From positions 4,590,001-4,654,000 of the forward strand of contig NC_086101.1 in NCBI RefSeq assembly GCF_963921235.1: DNA of 64,000 nt. The letters are read 5' to 3'. Below are positions 49,003 through 62,129 of the stretch, piece after piece; within the stretch, counting starts at the first letter, position 1, and each line of letters starts with the position of its first letter. The notes below the pieces were generated by a model. The model was not told the DNA's origin, ran no database searches, and saw only the letters and a list, made by a program, of their open reading frames with translations. The stretch comes from Mobula hypostoma. Lineage: Eukaryota. Both the position numbers and the translations under genes were made by a program.

Positions 49003-49547
49003 TTAATGGTTTTTGAACTGAACGATAGTTAGAGGCTCGGAGTTTTTCCTGTCCTCGTTTGTCCCAGGACTGAAGTAAGGGTACACTTTGCCCGTGAAAT
49101 TGTCAATGAATGTGAAGAGGGGATTCATGTTGCTCGCGTTATAGAAGGACAACTGTCCACCTTCATAGTCCAGATAGATCCCAACCTTCTTGGGTTTGGA
49201 GCTGACGGAAATGCGAGTGGGCGTAGCAGTGGAAAGCCAATATTCACTCCCATTCTTCAAGGTCAAGACCCAGTATCCGGTGTCCTGCGCTGACCTGGAG
49301 CCGCGCTTTCGAATGACGTCTTTGACCACACCCAGATCCCACGTCGTCTTGTTACCCACGTGCACCTCCCAGTAGTGGCGCCCCGACGAGAATCCCATGG
49401 CAGCCAGGACACTTGGCTCGCGGTCGGATGCTTCCAAGCCTTCCGACATTGAGCGGGCCTTGTCTACCAGCTTGACGCTGGTGCGGTCGTCGGACAGGAT
49501 GAGCAACGGGTGGGCGGTGCTCGGGTCCAGGGTCAGAGAGGCTGGTG
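49003..49547 (-). CDS. TRIM gene 2, terminal exon encoding B30.2 (PRY-SPRY) domain
   Basis: cctttccccAG acceptor (49549-48), phase 1; motifs LTLDPSTAHP, GRHYWEV, GIYLDYEGG, VYPYFSP; stop TAA ends at 49003. Confidence 0.95.
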
Positions 49548-49829
49548 CTGGGGAAAGGATTAGATGCAGAAGATTGTCAGTCAATTGGACCTGGATAACG
49601 GTAACTGGTATCTGGGTGCTTGCTGACTGAAGACAGGCATAGAGTCATAAAACATTACAGCACAGAAACAGGCCATTCGGCCCATCGAAGCCATGCCAAA
49701 CTGGTATTCTGCCCAGTCCCATCTACCCGCATTTGGACCATAGCTCTTCTTACCCTACCGGTCCGTGTACTTATCCCAGCTTATTTTAATCGAACACAAA
49801 TCTACCAATTCCATTGAGGGAAAGAGCAC

Positions 49830-50735
49830 ATCTTTCCCTCCCCCCCTGTTTTCCGCAGGGATCGCTCCCTACGCGACTCCCTTGTCCATTCGTCCCCCCC
49901 ATCCCTCCCCACCGATCTCCCTCCTGGCACTTATCCTTGTAAGTGGAACAAGTGCTACACATGCCCTTACACTTTCTCCCTCACCACCATTCAGGGCCCC
50001 AGACAGTCCTTCCAGGTGAGGCGACACTTCACCTGTGAGTCAGCTGGGGTGATATACTGCATCCGGTGCTCCCGATGTGGCCTTCTATATATTGGCGAGA
50101 CCCGTCACAGACTGGGAGACTGTTTCGGTGAACACCTACGCTCTGTCCGCCAGAGAAAGCAGGATCTCCCAGTGGCCACACGCTTTAATTCCACGTCCCA
50201 TTCCCATTCTGATATGTCTATCCATGGCCTCCTCTACTGTAAAGATGAAGCCACACTCAAGTTGGAGGAACAACACCTTATATTCCGTCTGGGTAGCCTC
50301 CAACCTGATGGCATGAACATTGACTTCTCTAACTTCTGATAATGCCCCACCTCCCCCCCCCCGTACCCCATCCATTATTTATTTATATACACACATTCTT
50401 TTTCTCTCTCTCCTTTTTCTCCCTCTGTCCCCTTGCCCATCCTCTGGGCTTCCCCCTCCCCCTTTTCTTTCTCCCTGGGCCTCCTGTCCCATGATCCTCT
50501 CATATCCCTTTTGCCAATCACCTGTCCAGCTCTTGGCTCCATCCCTCCCCCTCCTGTCTTCTCCTATCATTTTGGATCTCCCCCTCCCCCTCCCACTTTC
50601 AAATCTCTTACTAGCTCTTCCTTCAGTTAGTCCTGACGAAGGGTCTCGGTCTGAAACGTTGACTGCACCTCTTCCTAGAGATGCTGCCTGGCCTGCTGCG
50701 TTCACCAGCAACTTTGATGTGTGTTGCCTGAAATT
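49830..50735 (+). mobile_element. Penelope-like element 3' part: GIY-YIG endonuclease plus pseudo-LTR
   Basis: ORF 50016-50339 GVIYCIRCSRCGLLYIGET...EH...FN...E...GMN; followed by a pyrimidine tract and a hammerhead-like motif. Confidence 0.9.
50629..50664 (+). ncRNA. Minimal type-I hammerhead ribozyme-like motif of a Penelope-like element
   Basis: AGTC-CTGACGA-AGGGTCTCGGTCT-GAAA-CGTT-GACT: catalytic boxes, stem I AGTC/GACT, palindromic ACGT stem III. Confidence 0.65.
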
Positions 50736-53700
50736 CCATTGGCAGCTCGTTCTACACTCACACCACCCTCCGAGTGAAAAAGTTCCTCCTCAGGTTCCCC
50801 TTACATATTTCACCTTTCACTCTTAACCTGTGACCTCTAGTTCTAGTCTCACCCAAACTGAGTGGTAAAAAATTGCTCACATTTACCCTATCTATACCCT
50901 CTATCAAATCTCTTACGCTCTGTGGAATAAAGTCCTAACCTATTCAGCCTGTCCCTATCATTCAGGTCCTCAAGTCCCAGCAAAACCTCTGTAAATTTTC
51001 TCTACACTCTTTCAATCTTATTGATATGTTCGCTGACCAGAACTGAACACAATACTCCAAATTAAGCCTCACCAATGTCTCATACAACTTCAACATAACA
51101 TCATACTCTTGTACTCTAAACTTCGATTTTGAAGGCCAATGTTTGAAAAGGTCTCTCCGACCCAATCTACCTGTGAAAACACTTTCAAGGAGTTCCTTCT
51201 ATTCCACAGTCTGGGCAGTGAACCATGAAACAGTGGGAAGCGTGCATCAAGATCATTGCTATAACATTTCTGTACTGACCTTGAAAAGCTTGACATCATT
51301 GGGATCAGATTTAGTGACGATCAGATCGCCAACCCAGATCCAACTTTCTCTCTTCTCCTGTTTACACCTTGTCTGGACCCATCTTAGCCAGCACCACCCA
51401 ACTCTGCCATTCAGAGTCTCCTGATATCCATGGTACCCCAACATCTCCTTCTCTTCTCTCTGCCACAGTTAATTCCCCAGAAAAAGCAAGAGAATTGGGT
51501 TGGTTGCAAAATTGGCCTTTCTTTAAAACAAACTGATTACGGAATCATTTTGTGATGGTCTCGTTAAAGATCAGCTTGCTTCACCCTTCGCCAGAGTTCC
51601 TTTACCTGGTAACTGTTCTGCTTGGACTTTGCAACAGACATACACCTTGTGTGACCTGTCAGGAAAGTTTCACCAATGGAGACAGGAAGGTTTAGAAAAA
51701 ACTCTTGCATTTACATAATCCTTGTCCGGGATGTCCTGATGCACTTAACAAAAAAAAAATAATAAATGCAAGAGATGCTGCACGTTCTGGAAATCTAGAG
51801 CAACACAGGCAAAGTGCTGGAGGAACTCAGCAGGTCAGGCAGCGTCTACGGAGGGAGATAAAGAGACATTTCAGGCCGAGACCCTTCATCAGGACCTGCT
51901 CATCCCCCTCCATCGAAGCTTCCTGGCTTGCAGCATTGTGTGTGTGTTGTAACGGGGGTAAAAAAAAGTGGCTTTTATCTGTCCACAGGGTGCCCTGCAA
52001 TTTCTCGTTAATCTCCGGGCTCAGTCACACAGGCAGTTATATCAATAGACAGAGGCCACAGCCTCAGAATAGAGTGACGTCCATTTAGAACAGAGATGAG
52101 GAGAAATGTCTTTAGCCAGAGGCTGTGAATCTGTGGAATTCCTTGTCACAGACGGCTGTAGAGGCCAAGTTTAAAGCGGAAGTCGATAGGCTCTCAATTA
52201 GTCAGGGTGTCAAAGGTTACAGGGAGAAGGCAAGAGAGCAGGGTTGAGAGGGATAATAAACCAGCCGTGATGGATTGGTGGACAGACTTGATGGTCAAAG
52301 GTCTGAGTTCTGCTCCCATGTTTGACGGTCTAACTGATGTTGAACCTTCACAAGTCACCAGTTTTGATCGCCACGCTGTTGACCTTGTGACAACAAGAAA
52401 ACTGAAAGGGAGGTTCACATCAAGGAACAAAGAACTGTCACATGGAGAGGCTGGAGAGGATGCAGTGGTGTTCCTTAAAGAAAAGAAAATTAAGTGGATA
52501 TTAATTAAGGCCTTCAGTATCATGAACTGTTTTGACAAAGTATGAGGCAGAATTTCTAATGGCATAATGGACCTGGACAAGTCGGGCAACATTTAAGGAA
52601 ATTAGTAAACAGTCGATGATTAGGGCCAAGACACTTCACCAGGGCTGGAAAGGAAGGGGGGGGGAGGGCAGACGAGCACAAGCTAGAAGGTGATAGGTGA
52701 GATCAGGTGAGGGGGAAGAGGTGATGAAGTAAGATGCTGGGAGGTGACAGGCGGAAAAGGTAAATGTCTGAAGAAGACGGAATCTGATAGGGGAGCAGAG
52801 TGGACCAATAGGCGGAGAGGAGGGAGGAGGGAAATCAAAGGAAGGTGCCAGGTGGGTCATGAGGGATGGGACAGAGAAGACAAGGGGTGAGAGGGTCACC
52901 AGAATGGTGCAAAGGAGGTGGGAGGGTGCTGGCAGAGGGAAGTAGTCACCTGAGGTTAGAACATTTGATCTTCACACCATCTAGTTGGAGACTACCCAGA
53001 TTATTTTGCCAGATGGGATGGGACACCTGCCTTTCCTGTCCTGATGAAGGGTCTCAGCCTAAAACGTTGACTGTTTTTTTCTCCTCCATAGATGCTACCT
53101 GACCTGCTGAGTTCCTCCAGCATTTTGTGTGTGTGTGTGTGTGTGTGGCTCAGGACTACCAGTGTGAGCAGAATCACTGTGTATGAGGCATCTCACCAGT
53201 GGCCATTGCCCTTATGGGGCAGCCGATCCAACATCACAATGCTCCAGTGACGGAGGCAGGCTAGCACCTTCGTTTTCAGAGTTTGCTCCATTGGTGCACA
53301 GAGGGGACTTTGAGAGCTACGGGGAGCAGATCGAATAACTCGCCGCTGGGAGAGTGGGGTGAACTGGATTAATGGGACTGTGCCATCAGAATGCCAACAC
53401 AGCATGGACCGAATGGCCTTGCAGTATCGTTGTAAAACTTTAGAAACACTTCTACATGAAGTATATATTATGAGTGCACCAGCCAGATGACTCCAACACG
53501 CTAATTTCGGTGCCGTCACCTTCGTGTTTATGACAACTGACAATGTATTTAGCCGGTTGACCCTCAGGTCTGGGCACAATAGGTGCTCGCGGTTCTACTT
53601 GTGCCCTGCACTGCTCCAGTGACAGGGTAATCTTGCACGGTGGTTCTTTCATTTCCTGTATAAAATTAAGCATACAAGTTTGAAAATGTGACGTGAGGAG

Positions 53701-54449
53701 AAGGCAGGAGATTGGGGTTCGAGAGGGGACAATAAATCAGCCACGTTGGCAGAGCAGACTCAATGGGCCAATTCTACTCCTAACTCTCATGGTCTTACAG
53801 GACCTGGCTGGCGTTTCTGTTGTCCTGGCAACGCTATGCCGGCCTGAACCCCTGTGGTTACTCTGCTGGAGGTAAGCCCAGTCCGTTGTGGAAGGAAGTC
53901 CAGAAAGTGAACGCAGCAGTGAAGGAAGGTGTGTGACTGGGGAATATGCTGACTCCTGGAGATGGAAGAAGTAACACTGTCAAAGCAATTGGAAATATTT
54001 GTGGATATTTAATCCTTCCTACTTATTTATTTTAGAAATACAGTGAGGAACAGGTCCTTCTGGTCAACGAGCCGTGCTGTACCGATTTAAACCTAGCTCA
54101 ACCGCAGGACAACTTACAATAACTGAATAACTAAAAAGCTGGTATGTATCTGGACAGTGTGGGAAAACCAGAATAACAGGAGGAAACGCACACAGTTCAC
54201 CGGGAGAATGTACAAACTCCTTAGAGATGGTGCCAGATTTGAACTCTAATCTTCATTACACCCTGAGCTGTAATAGTGTCGCTACTCACTATGTTACCAT
54301 TACTCCAAAACCCGGAACAACCTGAACTGTAATAGTGTCACACTAATTGCTACGTTATCAGTACTTCAAACCCTGGAACACACTAAACTGGAATAGTGTC
54401 ACTAATCGCAATGTTACCATTACTCCAAACCCCAGAACACCCTGAGGTA

Positions 54450-55098
54450 CCATGATACTGACGTGCAATTGTATTGGCCTTCATCAGTCGTGGAATTGAA
54501 TTTAGGAGCTGAGAGGTAATGTTGCAGCTATATAGGACCCTGGTCAGACCCCACTTGGAGTACTGTGCTCAGTTCTGGTCGCCTCACTACAGGAAGGATG
54601 TGGAAACCATAGAAAGGGTGCAGAGGAGATTTACAAGGATGTTGCCTGGATTGGGGAGCATGCCTTATGAAAACAGGTTGAGTGAACTCGGCCCTTTCTC
54701 CTTGGAGCGACAGAGGATGAGAGGTGACCTGATAGAGGTGTATAAGATGATGAGAGGCATTGATCCTGTGGATAGTCAGAGGCTTTTTCCCAGGGCTGAA
54801 ATGGCTGCCACAAGAGGACACAGGTTTAAGATGCTGGGGTGTAGGTACAGAGGAGATGTCAGGGGTAAGTTTTTTCACTCAGAGAGTGGTGAGTGCGTGG
54901 AATGGGCTGCCAGCAAAGGTGGTGGAGGCGGATACAATAGGGTCTTTTAAGAGATTTTTGGATAGGTACATGGAGCTTAGAAAAATAGAGGGCTATAGGT
55001 AACCCTAGTAATTTCTAACGTAGGGACATGTTCGGCACAACTTTGTGGGCCGAAGGGCCTGTATTGTACTGTAGGTTTTCTATGTTTCTGTGTTTCTA
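54450..55098 (+). mobile_element. CR1 3' fragment
   Basis: ORFs 54519-54950 and 54760-55002 (RPHLEYC, QRVVSAWNGLP). Confidence 0.9.
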
Positions 55099-55134
55099 CT
55101 CCAAACCCCAGTACACCCTGAGATGCAATAACAG

Positions 55135-57582
55135 GGTGCAATAATAACAGGGTTGTTCTGATGGGAGATTTTAACTTCCCAAATATTCATCATCTCCCTC
55201 GAGCAAGGGGTTTAGGTGGGGTGGAGTTTGTTAGGTGTGTTCAGGAAGGTTTCCTGACACAATATGTAGATAAGCCTACTAGAGGAGATGCTGTGCTTGA
55301 TCTGGTATTGGGAAATGAACCTGGTCAGGTGTCAGATCTCTCAGTGGGAGAGCATTTTGGAGATAGCGATCATAATTCTATCTCCTTTACAATGGCATTG
55401 GAGAGGGATAGGAACGGACAAGTTAGGAAAACATTTAATTGGAGTAAGGGGAAATATGAGGCTATCAGGCATGAACTTCGAAGCATAGTTGGGAGCAGAT
55501 GTTCTCAGGAAAATGTATGGCAGAAATGTGGCAAATGTTCGGGGGATATTTGTGTGGCATTCCAATGAGACAGGGAAATGACGGTAGGGTTCAGGAATCA
55601 TGATGTAAAAAGGCTGTTGTAAATCTAGTCAAGAAGAAAAGAAAAGCTTATGAAAGATTCAAAAAACTAGGTAATGATAAAGATCTAGAAAATTATAAGG
55701 CTAGTAGAAAGGAGCTTAAGAATGAAATTAGGAGAGCCAGAAGGGGCCATTAGAAGGCCTTGGCAGACAGGATTAAGGAAAACCCCAAGGAATTCTACAA
55801 GTACGTGAAGAGCAAAAGGATAAGATGTGAGAGAATAGGACAAATCAAGCATGACAGTGGAACTGGAGGAAATAGCAGAGATACTTAATGAATACTTTGC
55901 TTCAGTATTCACTACGGAAAAGGATCTTGGGGATTGTAGGGATGACTGATAGCGGACTGAAAAGCTTGAGCATATAGACATTAAGAAAGAGGATGTGCTG
56001 GAGCTTTTGAAAAACATCAAGTTGGATAAGTCACCAGGACCGGACAAGATATACCCAGGCTACTGTGGGAGGCACGGTAGGAGATTGCTGAGCCTCTGGC
56101 AATGATCTTTGCATCAACAATGAGGATGGGAGAGGTTCCGGAGGATTGGAAAGTTGCAGATGTTGTTCCCTTATTCAAGAAAGGGGGTAGAGATAGCCCA
56201 GGAAATTATAGACCAGTGAGTCTTACTTCACTGGTTGGTAAGTTGATAGGGAAGATCCTGAGAGGCAGGATTTATGAACATTTGGAGAGGCATAATAGGA
56301 TTAGGAATAGTCAGCATAGCTTTGTCAAAAGCAGGTTGTGCTTTACAAGCCTGATTGAATTTTTTGAGGATGTGACTAAACACATTGATGAAGGAAGAGC
56401 AGTAGATGTAGCGCATATCGATTTCAGCAAAGCATTTGATAAGGTACCCCATGCAAGGCTTATTGAGAAAGTAAGGAGGCATGGGATCCAAGGGGACCTT
56501 GCTTTGTGGATCCAGAACTGGCTTGCCCACAGAAGGCCCACAGAAGTGGTTGTAGACGGGTCATATTCTGCATGGAGGTCAGTGACCAGTGGTGTGCCTC
56601 AGGGATCAGTTCTGGGACCCCTTCTCTTTGTGACTTTTATAAATGACCTGGATGAGGAAGTGGAGAGATGGGTTATAAATTTGCTGATGATGGGTGTTGT
56701 GGATAGTGTGGAGGGCTGTCAGAGGTTACAGCAGGACATCGATAGGATGCAAAAACTGGGCTGAGAAGTGGCAGATGGAGTTCAACCCAGATAAGTGTGA
56801 AGTGGCTCATTTTAGTAGGTCAAATATGATGGCAGAATCTAGTATTAATGGTAAGACTCTTGGCAGTGTGGAAGATCAGAGGGATCTTGGGGCCTGAGTC
56901 TATAGGATGCTCAAAGCAGCTGCACAGGTTGACTCTGTGGTTAAGAAGGCATATGGTGTATTGGCCTTCATCAACCGTGGGATTGAGTTCAAGAGCCAAG
57001 AGGTAATATTGCAGCTATATAGGACCCTGGTCAGACCCCACTTGGAGTACTGTGCTCAATTCTGGTCGCCTCACTACAGGAAGGACGTGGAAACCATAGA
57101 AAGGGTGCAGAGGAGATTTACAAGGATGTTGCCTGGATTGGGGAGCATGCCTTATGAGAATAGGTTGAGTGAACTCGGCCTTTTCTCCTTGGAGTGACGG
57201 AGGATGAGAGGTGACCTGATAGAGGTGTATAAGATGATGAGAGGCATTGATCATGTGGATAGTCAGAGGCTTTTCCCCAGGGCTGAAATGGCTAGCACGA
57301 GAGGGCACAGTTTTAAGGTGCTTGCAAGTAGGTACAGAGGAGATGTCAGGGGTAAGTTTTTTATGCAGAGAGTGGTGAGTGTGTGGAATGGGCTGCCGGC
57401 GATGGTGGTGGAGGCGGAGGTGGATACGATAGGGTCTTTTAAGAGACTCCTGGATGGATACATGGAGCTTAGAAAAATAGAGGGCTATGGGTAACCCTAG
57501 GTAATTTCTACAGTAAGTACATGTTCGGCACAGCATTGTGGGCCAAAGGGCCTGTATTGTGCTGTAGGTTTTCTATGTTTCC
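55135..57582 (+). mobile_element. Decayed CR1 ORF2 (endonuclease C-part, RT, 3' end)
   Basis: GDFNFP, SDHN, NYRPVSLTS, DFSKAFDKV, GVPQGSVLGP across frameshifted ORFs. Confidence 0.92.
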
Positions 57583-57852
57583 ATAATATTGTCGGGCTGA
57601 TCACTACCTTCACAATATTCAAACTCCGCAACACCCTGAGCTGTAACAGTGTCACCATATTACCATTACTCCAAACCCCAGAACACCCTGAGCTGTAATA
57701 ATGTTGTGGTTGTCGGTACGCTAACGTTACCTCAAACCCTGCAACACCCTGAGCTGTAATTGTGTGGTGATAATTGCTACATTACCGTTACTGCAACCCC
57801 GGTACACTCTAAGCTGTAATAATGCCACACTAAATGTTACATTACTGTTACT

Positions 57853-58762
57853 CTCGGCATAGCTCAAACACCATCTGTAAATTTGCTGATGACACAACCA
57901 TTGTTGGTAGAATCTCAGGTGGTGACGAGAGGGCGTACAGGAGTGAGATATGCCAACTAGTGGAATGGTGCCACAGCAACAACCTGGCACTCAACATCAG
58001 AAAGATGAGAGAGCTGATTGTGGACTTCAGGAAGGGTAAGACGAAGGAACACATACCAATCCTCATAGAGGGATCAGAAGTGGAGAGAGTGGGCAGTTTC
58101 AAGTTCCTAGGTGTCAAGATATCTGAGAAACTAACCTGGTCCCAACATATTGATGTAGTTATGAAGGCAAGACAGCAGCTGGACTTTATTAGGAGTTTGA
58201 AGAGATTTGGGATGTCAACAAATATACTCAAAAAGTTCTATAGATGTACTGTGGAGAGCATTCTGACAGGCTGCATCACTGTCTGGTATGGAGGGGCTAC
58301 TGCACAGGACTGAAAGAAGCTGCAGAGGGTTCTAAATCTACTCAGCTCCATCTTGGGCACTAGCCTACAAAGCATCCAGAACATCTTTAGGGAGCAGTAA
58401 CTCAGAAAGGCAGCGCCCATTATTAAAGACCTCCAGCACCCAGGGCATGCCCTTTTCTCACTGTTACCATCAGGTAGGAGATACAGAAGCCTGAAGGCAC
58501 ACACTCAGTGATTCAGGAACAGCTTCTTCCCCTCCGCCATCCGATTCCTAAATGGACATTGAATCTTTGGACACTACCTCACTTTTTTAAAATTTACACA
58601 GTATTTCCGTTTTTGCATGTTATTTTTCAACTATTCAATATACGTAATTGATTTACTTGTTTATTTTTCTTGCTAGATTATGTATTGCATTGAACTGCTG
58701 CTGCTATGTTAACAAATTTCACGTCACATACTGGTGATGATAAACCTGATTCTCATTCTGAT
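57853..58762 (+). mobile_element. Rex1/Babar-like LINE RT C-terminus and 3' end
   Basis: KFADDTTIVGRI, LIVDFRK, FKFLGVKI, FYRCTVESIL; (ATTCTG)n-like tail. Confidence 0.88.
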
Positions 58763-61360
58763 CCAAACATGAAAATGCCCTGAGCTGTAATAGCGTTGTG
58801 CTAATCACTACCTTAACGTTACTCCCACCTCGGAAAACACTGAGGTAGGAATAGTCTCGTGCTATTTGCTACATTAATGTTACTCCAACCCTGGAAAATC
58901 CTGAGGTGTAATTGTGACATGCTAATCACTACATTAACGTTCCTCCAAACCCCCTGAACTGTAATAGTGTCACACTAATCAGTACGTTACCATCATTACA
59001 AACCCCGGAACACACTGAGCTGGAATACTTTCGTGATAATCACTACGTTACCATTACTCCAACCTGGAACACCCTGAGGTGTAATAGTGTCCCGTGAATC
59101 ATTACATTACTGTAATTCCAAATACTGGAACGCACTGAATGGTAATATTGTCACAGTAATCGCAACATTACCATTACTCCAAACACCAGAACACCTTTGA
59201 ACACCCACAGCTGTAACAGTGCCATGCAACTTACAACGTTATCATTACTCCAAACCACACAACACCCTGAGCTGTAATAGTTTTGCACTAATTGCTACGT
59301 TACCATTACTCCAAACCCTGGAACACATCAAGCTGTAATATTGCTGCGGTAATCACTGCATTATCGTTATTCCAAACCCTAGACCACCCTGAACTGTAAT
59401 ACAGTCACGATAATCCCGGCGTTACCATTACTCCAAAACCCAGGAAATCCTGCGTTGTAATAGTGCTGCAATAATCAATATGTCACTGTTGCTCCAAACC
59501 CTGGAACACCCTGTGCTGTAAGTGTCGTGCGAATCACTACATTATCGATTCTCTAAACCCCAGAACACCTTGAGCAGTAATAGTATCATACTATTAGTAA
59601 CATTGCTGTTACGCCAAACCCTGAAACACACTAAGCTGTAATACTGTTGTGCTAATCAATACGTCACTGTTACTCCAAACAACAGACACCCTTAAGTGTA
59701 ATAGAGTCATAGTAATTACTACATTACTGTTACTACAACACCCTGAGCTGTAATAGGGTCATGCTAATTGCTACATTAATGATACTGTAAACCCCTGGAC
59801 ACCTGGAGCTCTAATATTGTCACACAAATCACTACGTTAACACTACTCCAAACCCCAGGACACCCTGAGCTGGAATGGGTTCGCACTAGTCACTACCTTA
59901 CTATTACTCCAAACAGCGGAACACCCTGAGGTGTAATACTGTCACGCTAATCACTACGTTACCATTACTCCAAATCCCACAACACGCTAAGCTGTAATGG
60001 TGTCATGCTAATCAGTATGTTAATCAGTATAGTGTCCTGCAAATCGTTTTGTTACCATTGCTCCAATCACCAGAACACACTGAACTGCAATATCGTTGCA
60101 GTAATTGCAACATTATCGTTACTCCAAACACCGGACCACCGTGAGCTGTAATAGTGCCATACTAATTGATATGTTACCCTTACTCCAAACACCCTGGGTT
60201 GTAATAGAATCCTCTGATTTGCTGCATTACAATCAGTCCAAACCCAAAACAAAGTGAGCTGTAATATTGTTGCGCTAGCCGCTACATTGCCATTACTCCC
60301 AAACCTGGAACACCCTGAGCTGTAATAGTGTCGTGATAACGCCATGCTACTGTCACTCCGTACACCAAAACACACTAATACTATAGCACTAAGCGGTACG
60401 CCACCATTACTCCAAACTCTGCAACACCTTGACTGTAATACTGTCACTGTAATCATTACGTTACTCCAAAGCACAGAACACCCTGAGCTGTAATAACATC
60501 AGACTATTCACTACATTACCAGTACTCCAAATCTACAACACCCTGACTGTAATAGTATCACACGAACTGCTTTGTTGCCACATTCCAAACCCTAGAACGC
60601 TCGCAGCTGTCATGCTGCCATGTTAATCGCTATGTTACCGCATTCCAAACCCCGAAACAGCCGGGGCTGTTCTAGTGTAACACTAATCGCTATGTCAACA
60701 TTACTACAAATCCTGGAACACCGAGAGCTGTAATAGTCTCGCATGAGTCAGTACATTACCATTACTTCAAGCACCGGAAACCCTGAACTGTAATAGTGTC
60801 ATGTCAATCACTACTTTAACATTACTCCAAACCCCAGAACGTCCTGAACTGTAATAATTTCACACTATTCGCTGCATTACTGTTACTCCAAACCCCACAA
60901 AACCCTGAGCTCTAATGGTGTTGCACTAATCGATACATAGAACATAGAAATTTACAGTACATTACATGCCTTCAGCCCACAATGTTGTGCCGATCATGTA
61001 AACTACTACATTACTGTTACTTTAAATACTGGTACACCCTGAGCTGTAATAGCGTCACTGTAATCATTACGTTACTCCAAAGCCCGCAACACCCTGAGCT
61101 GTAATAGTGTCACTGTAATTATTACATTACTCCAAAGTCCGCAACACCCTGAGCTGTAATAGTGTCACTGTAATCATTACATTACTCCAAAGCCCAAAAC
61201 ACCCTGAGCTGTAATAGTGTTGTGCTACATTACCATTTCTCCAAACCCCAGAAAACTATGAGTTGTCATAGTGTTGGCCTAATCACATTACTGCTAATCC
61301 TAACCCCGAAACACCCTGCGCTGTAATAGTATCAGGCTAATCACTACACCACCATTACCA
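58763..61360 (-). repeat. ~61-bp diverged satellite derived from a SINE tRNA head (~40 units; further pieces at 54255-54448, 55098-55132, 57590-57852)
   Basis: Consensus CCATTACTCCAAACCCCAGAACACCCTGAGCTGTAATAGTGTCACACTAATCACTACGTTA; its reverse complement aligns to the SINE head at 21369-21410. Confidence 0.85.
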
Positions 61361-61472
61361 TGATGCCCACAATAAATTAACCCTCTGGCTGGACTTGGGT
61401 TCCGGTGTTGACATGTCAGCACTGTCCCGTGTTGGAGTTTATTGGACCTGGAGCAAGGAGACATCGCCTTAC

Positions 61473-61582
61473 CTGGGTTGATAACCTCCATTATGTCCCG
61501 CCACACTCTGTACTGGATCGGCCCTTTGAATGACCCCAGGGGGAGTTTGCCCTCGGCCACTGTCGTCTGATAACTGTTGTCA
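61473..61582 (-). CDS. TRIM gene 2, 110-nt linker exon (DNSYQTTVAEGKLPLGSFKGPIQYRVWRDIMEVINP)
   Basis: tttccaccttcAG acceptor and ccagGTaag donor; phase 2-1; clearly homologous to the exon at 12051-12163. Confidence 0.9.
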
Positions 61583-61669
61583 CTGAAGGTGGAAACGCGA
61601 TGCATTAGAACGCGAGGGCTTGAGTGCACTAACAGATTCATGCAGAGTTCAGTGAGTGGAGGTGCCTAC

Positions 61670-61692
61670 CTCTTGCCTTTGTCCGGATCTTC
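61670..61692 (-). CDS. TRIM gene 2, 23-nt microexon (EDPDKGK)
   Basis: cactttcAG acceptor and agagGTagg donor; 23 nt, 87-nt intron to the linker exon, mirroring gene 1 (97-nt intron). Confidence 0.8.
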
Positions 61693-62129
61693 CTGAAAGT
61701 GAACAGACAACAGGTTGGATTTCTGAAGACAGATTCTTCTTTGCCGGTTGGGAAATGTCGGGCAGTCCGGGGACACGCGGCGTGCGATGAGCGCGATTGT
61801 CTGAAGCACCCTCCACCCCTAGCACGGGAGGGATCAAAAATCACAAGCTCCATTGTGGCCAATTGCCAAACCAGGAATCGGATTTATACCCAGGTTAAAT
61901 ATTCCAGACCCTCTCCAGCTCCTCATCAGGCTGAAAACCAGTGAGCGTATCAGAGGGGTGGTCTTGCCAAGGAGGGGCTGAGGGAGCATCCTGGGGGAGA
62001 GGAGCTGAGGGAGCCTTATGCTGAGGGAGGAGCTAAGGGAGCCTCACACTGAGGGAGGGTCACGCTGAGGGAGGGGTTGAGGGAGCCTTATGCTGAGGGA
62101 GCCCCATGCTGATGGAGGGGCTGAGAGGA

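Noticed and set aside
58763..61360. Regularly spaced ~61-bp units resembling a CRISPR array
   Set aside because: The whole unit is repeated with scattered divergence, there are no unique spacers or cas genes, the context is eukaryotic, and the unit derives from a SINE head.
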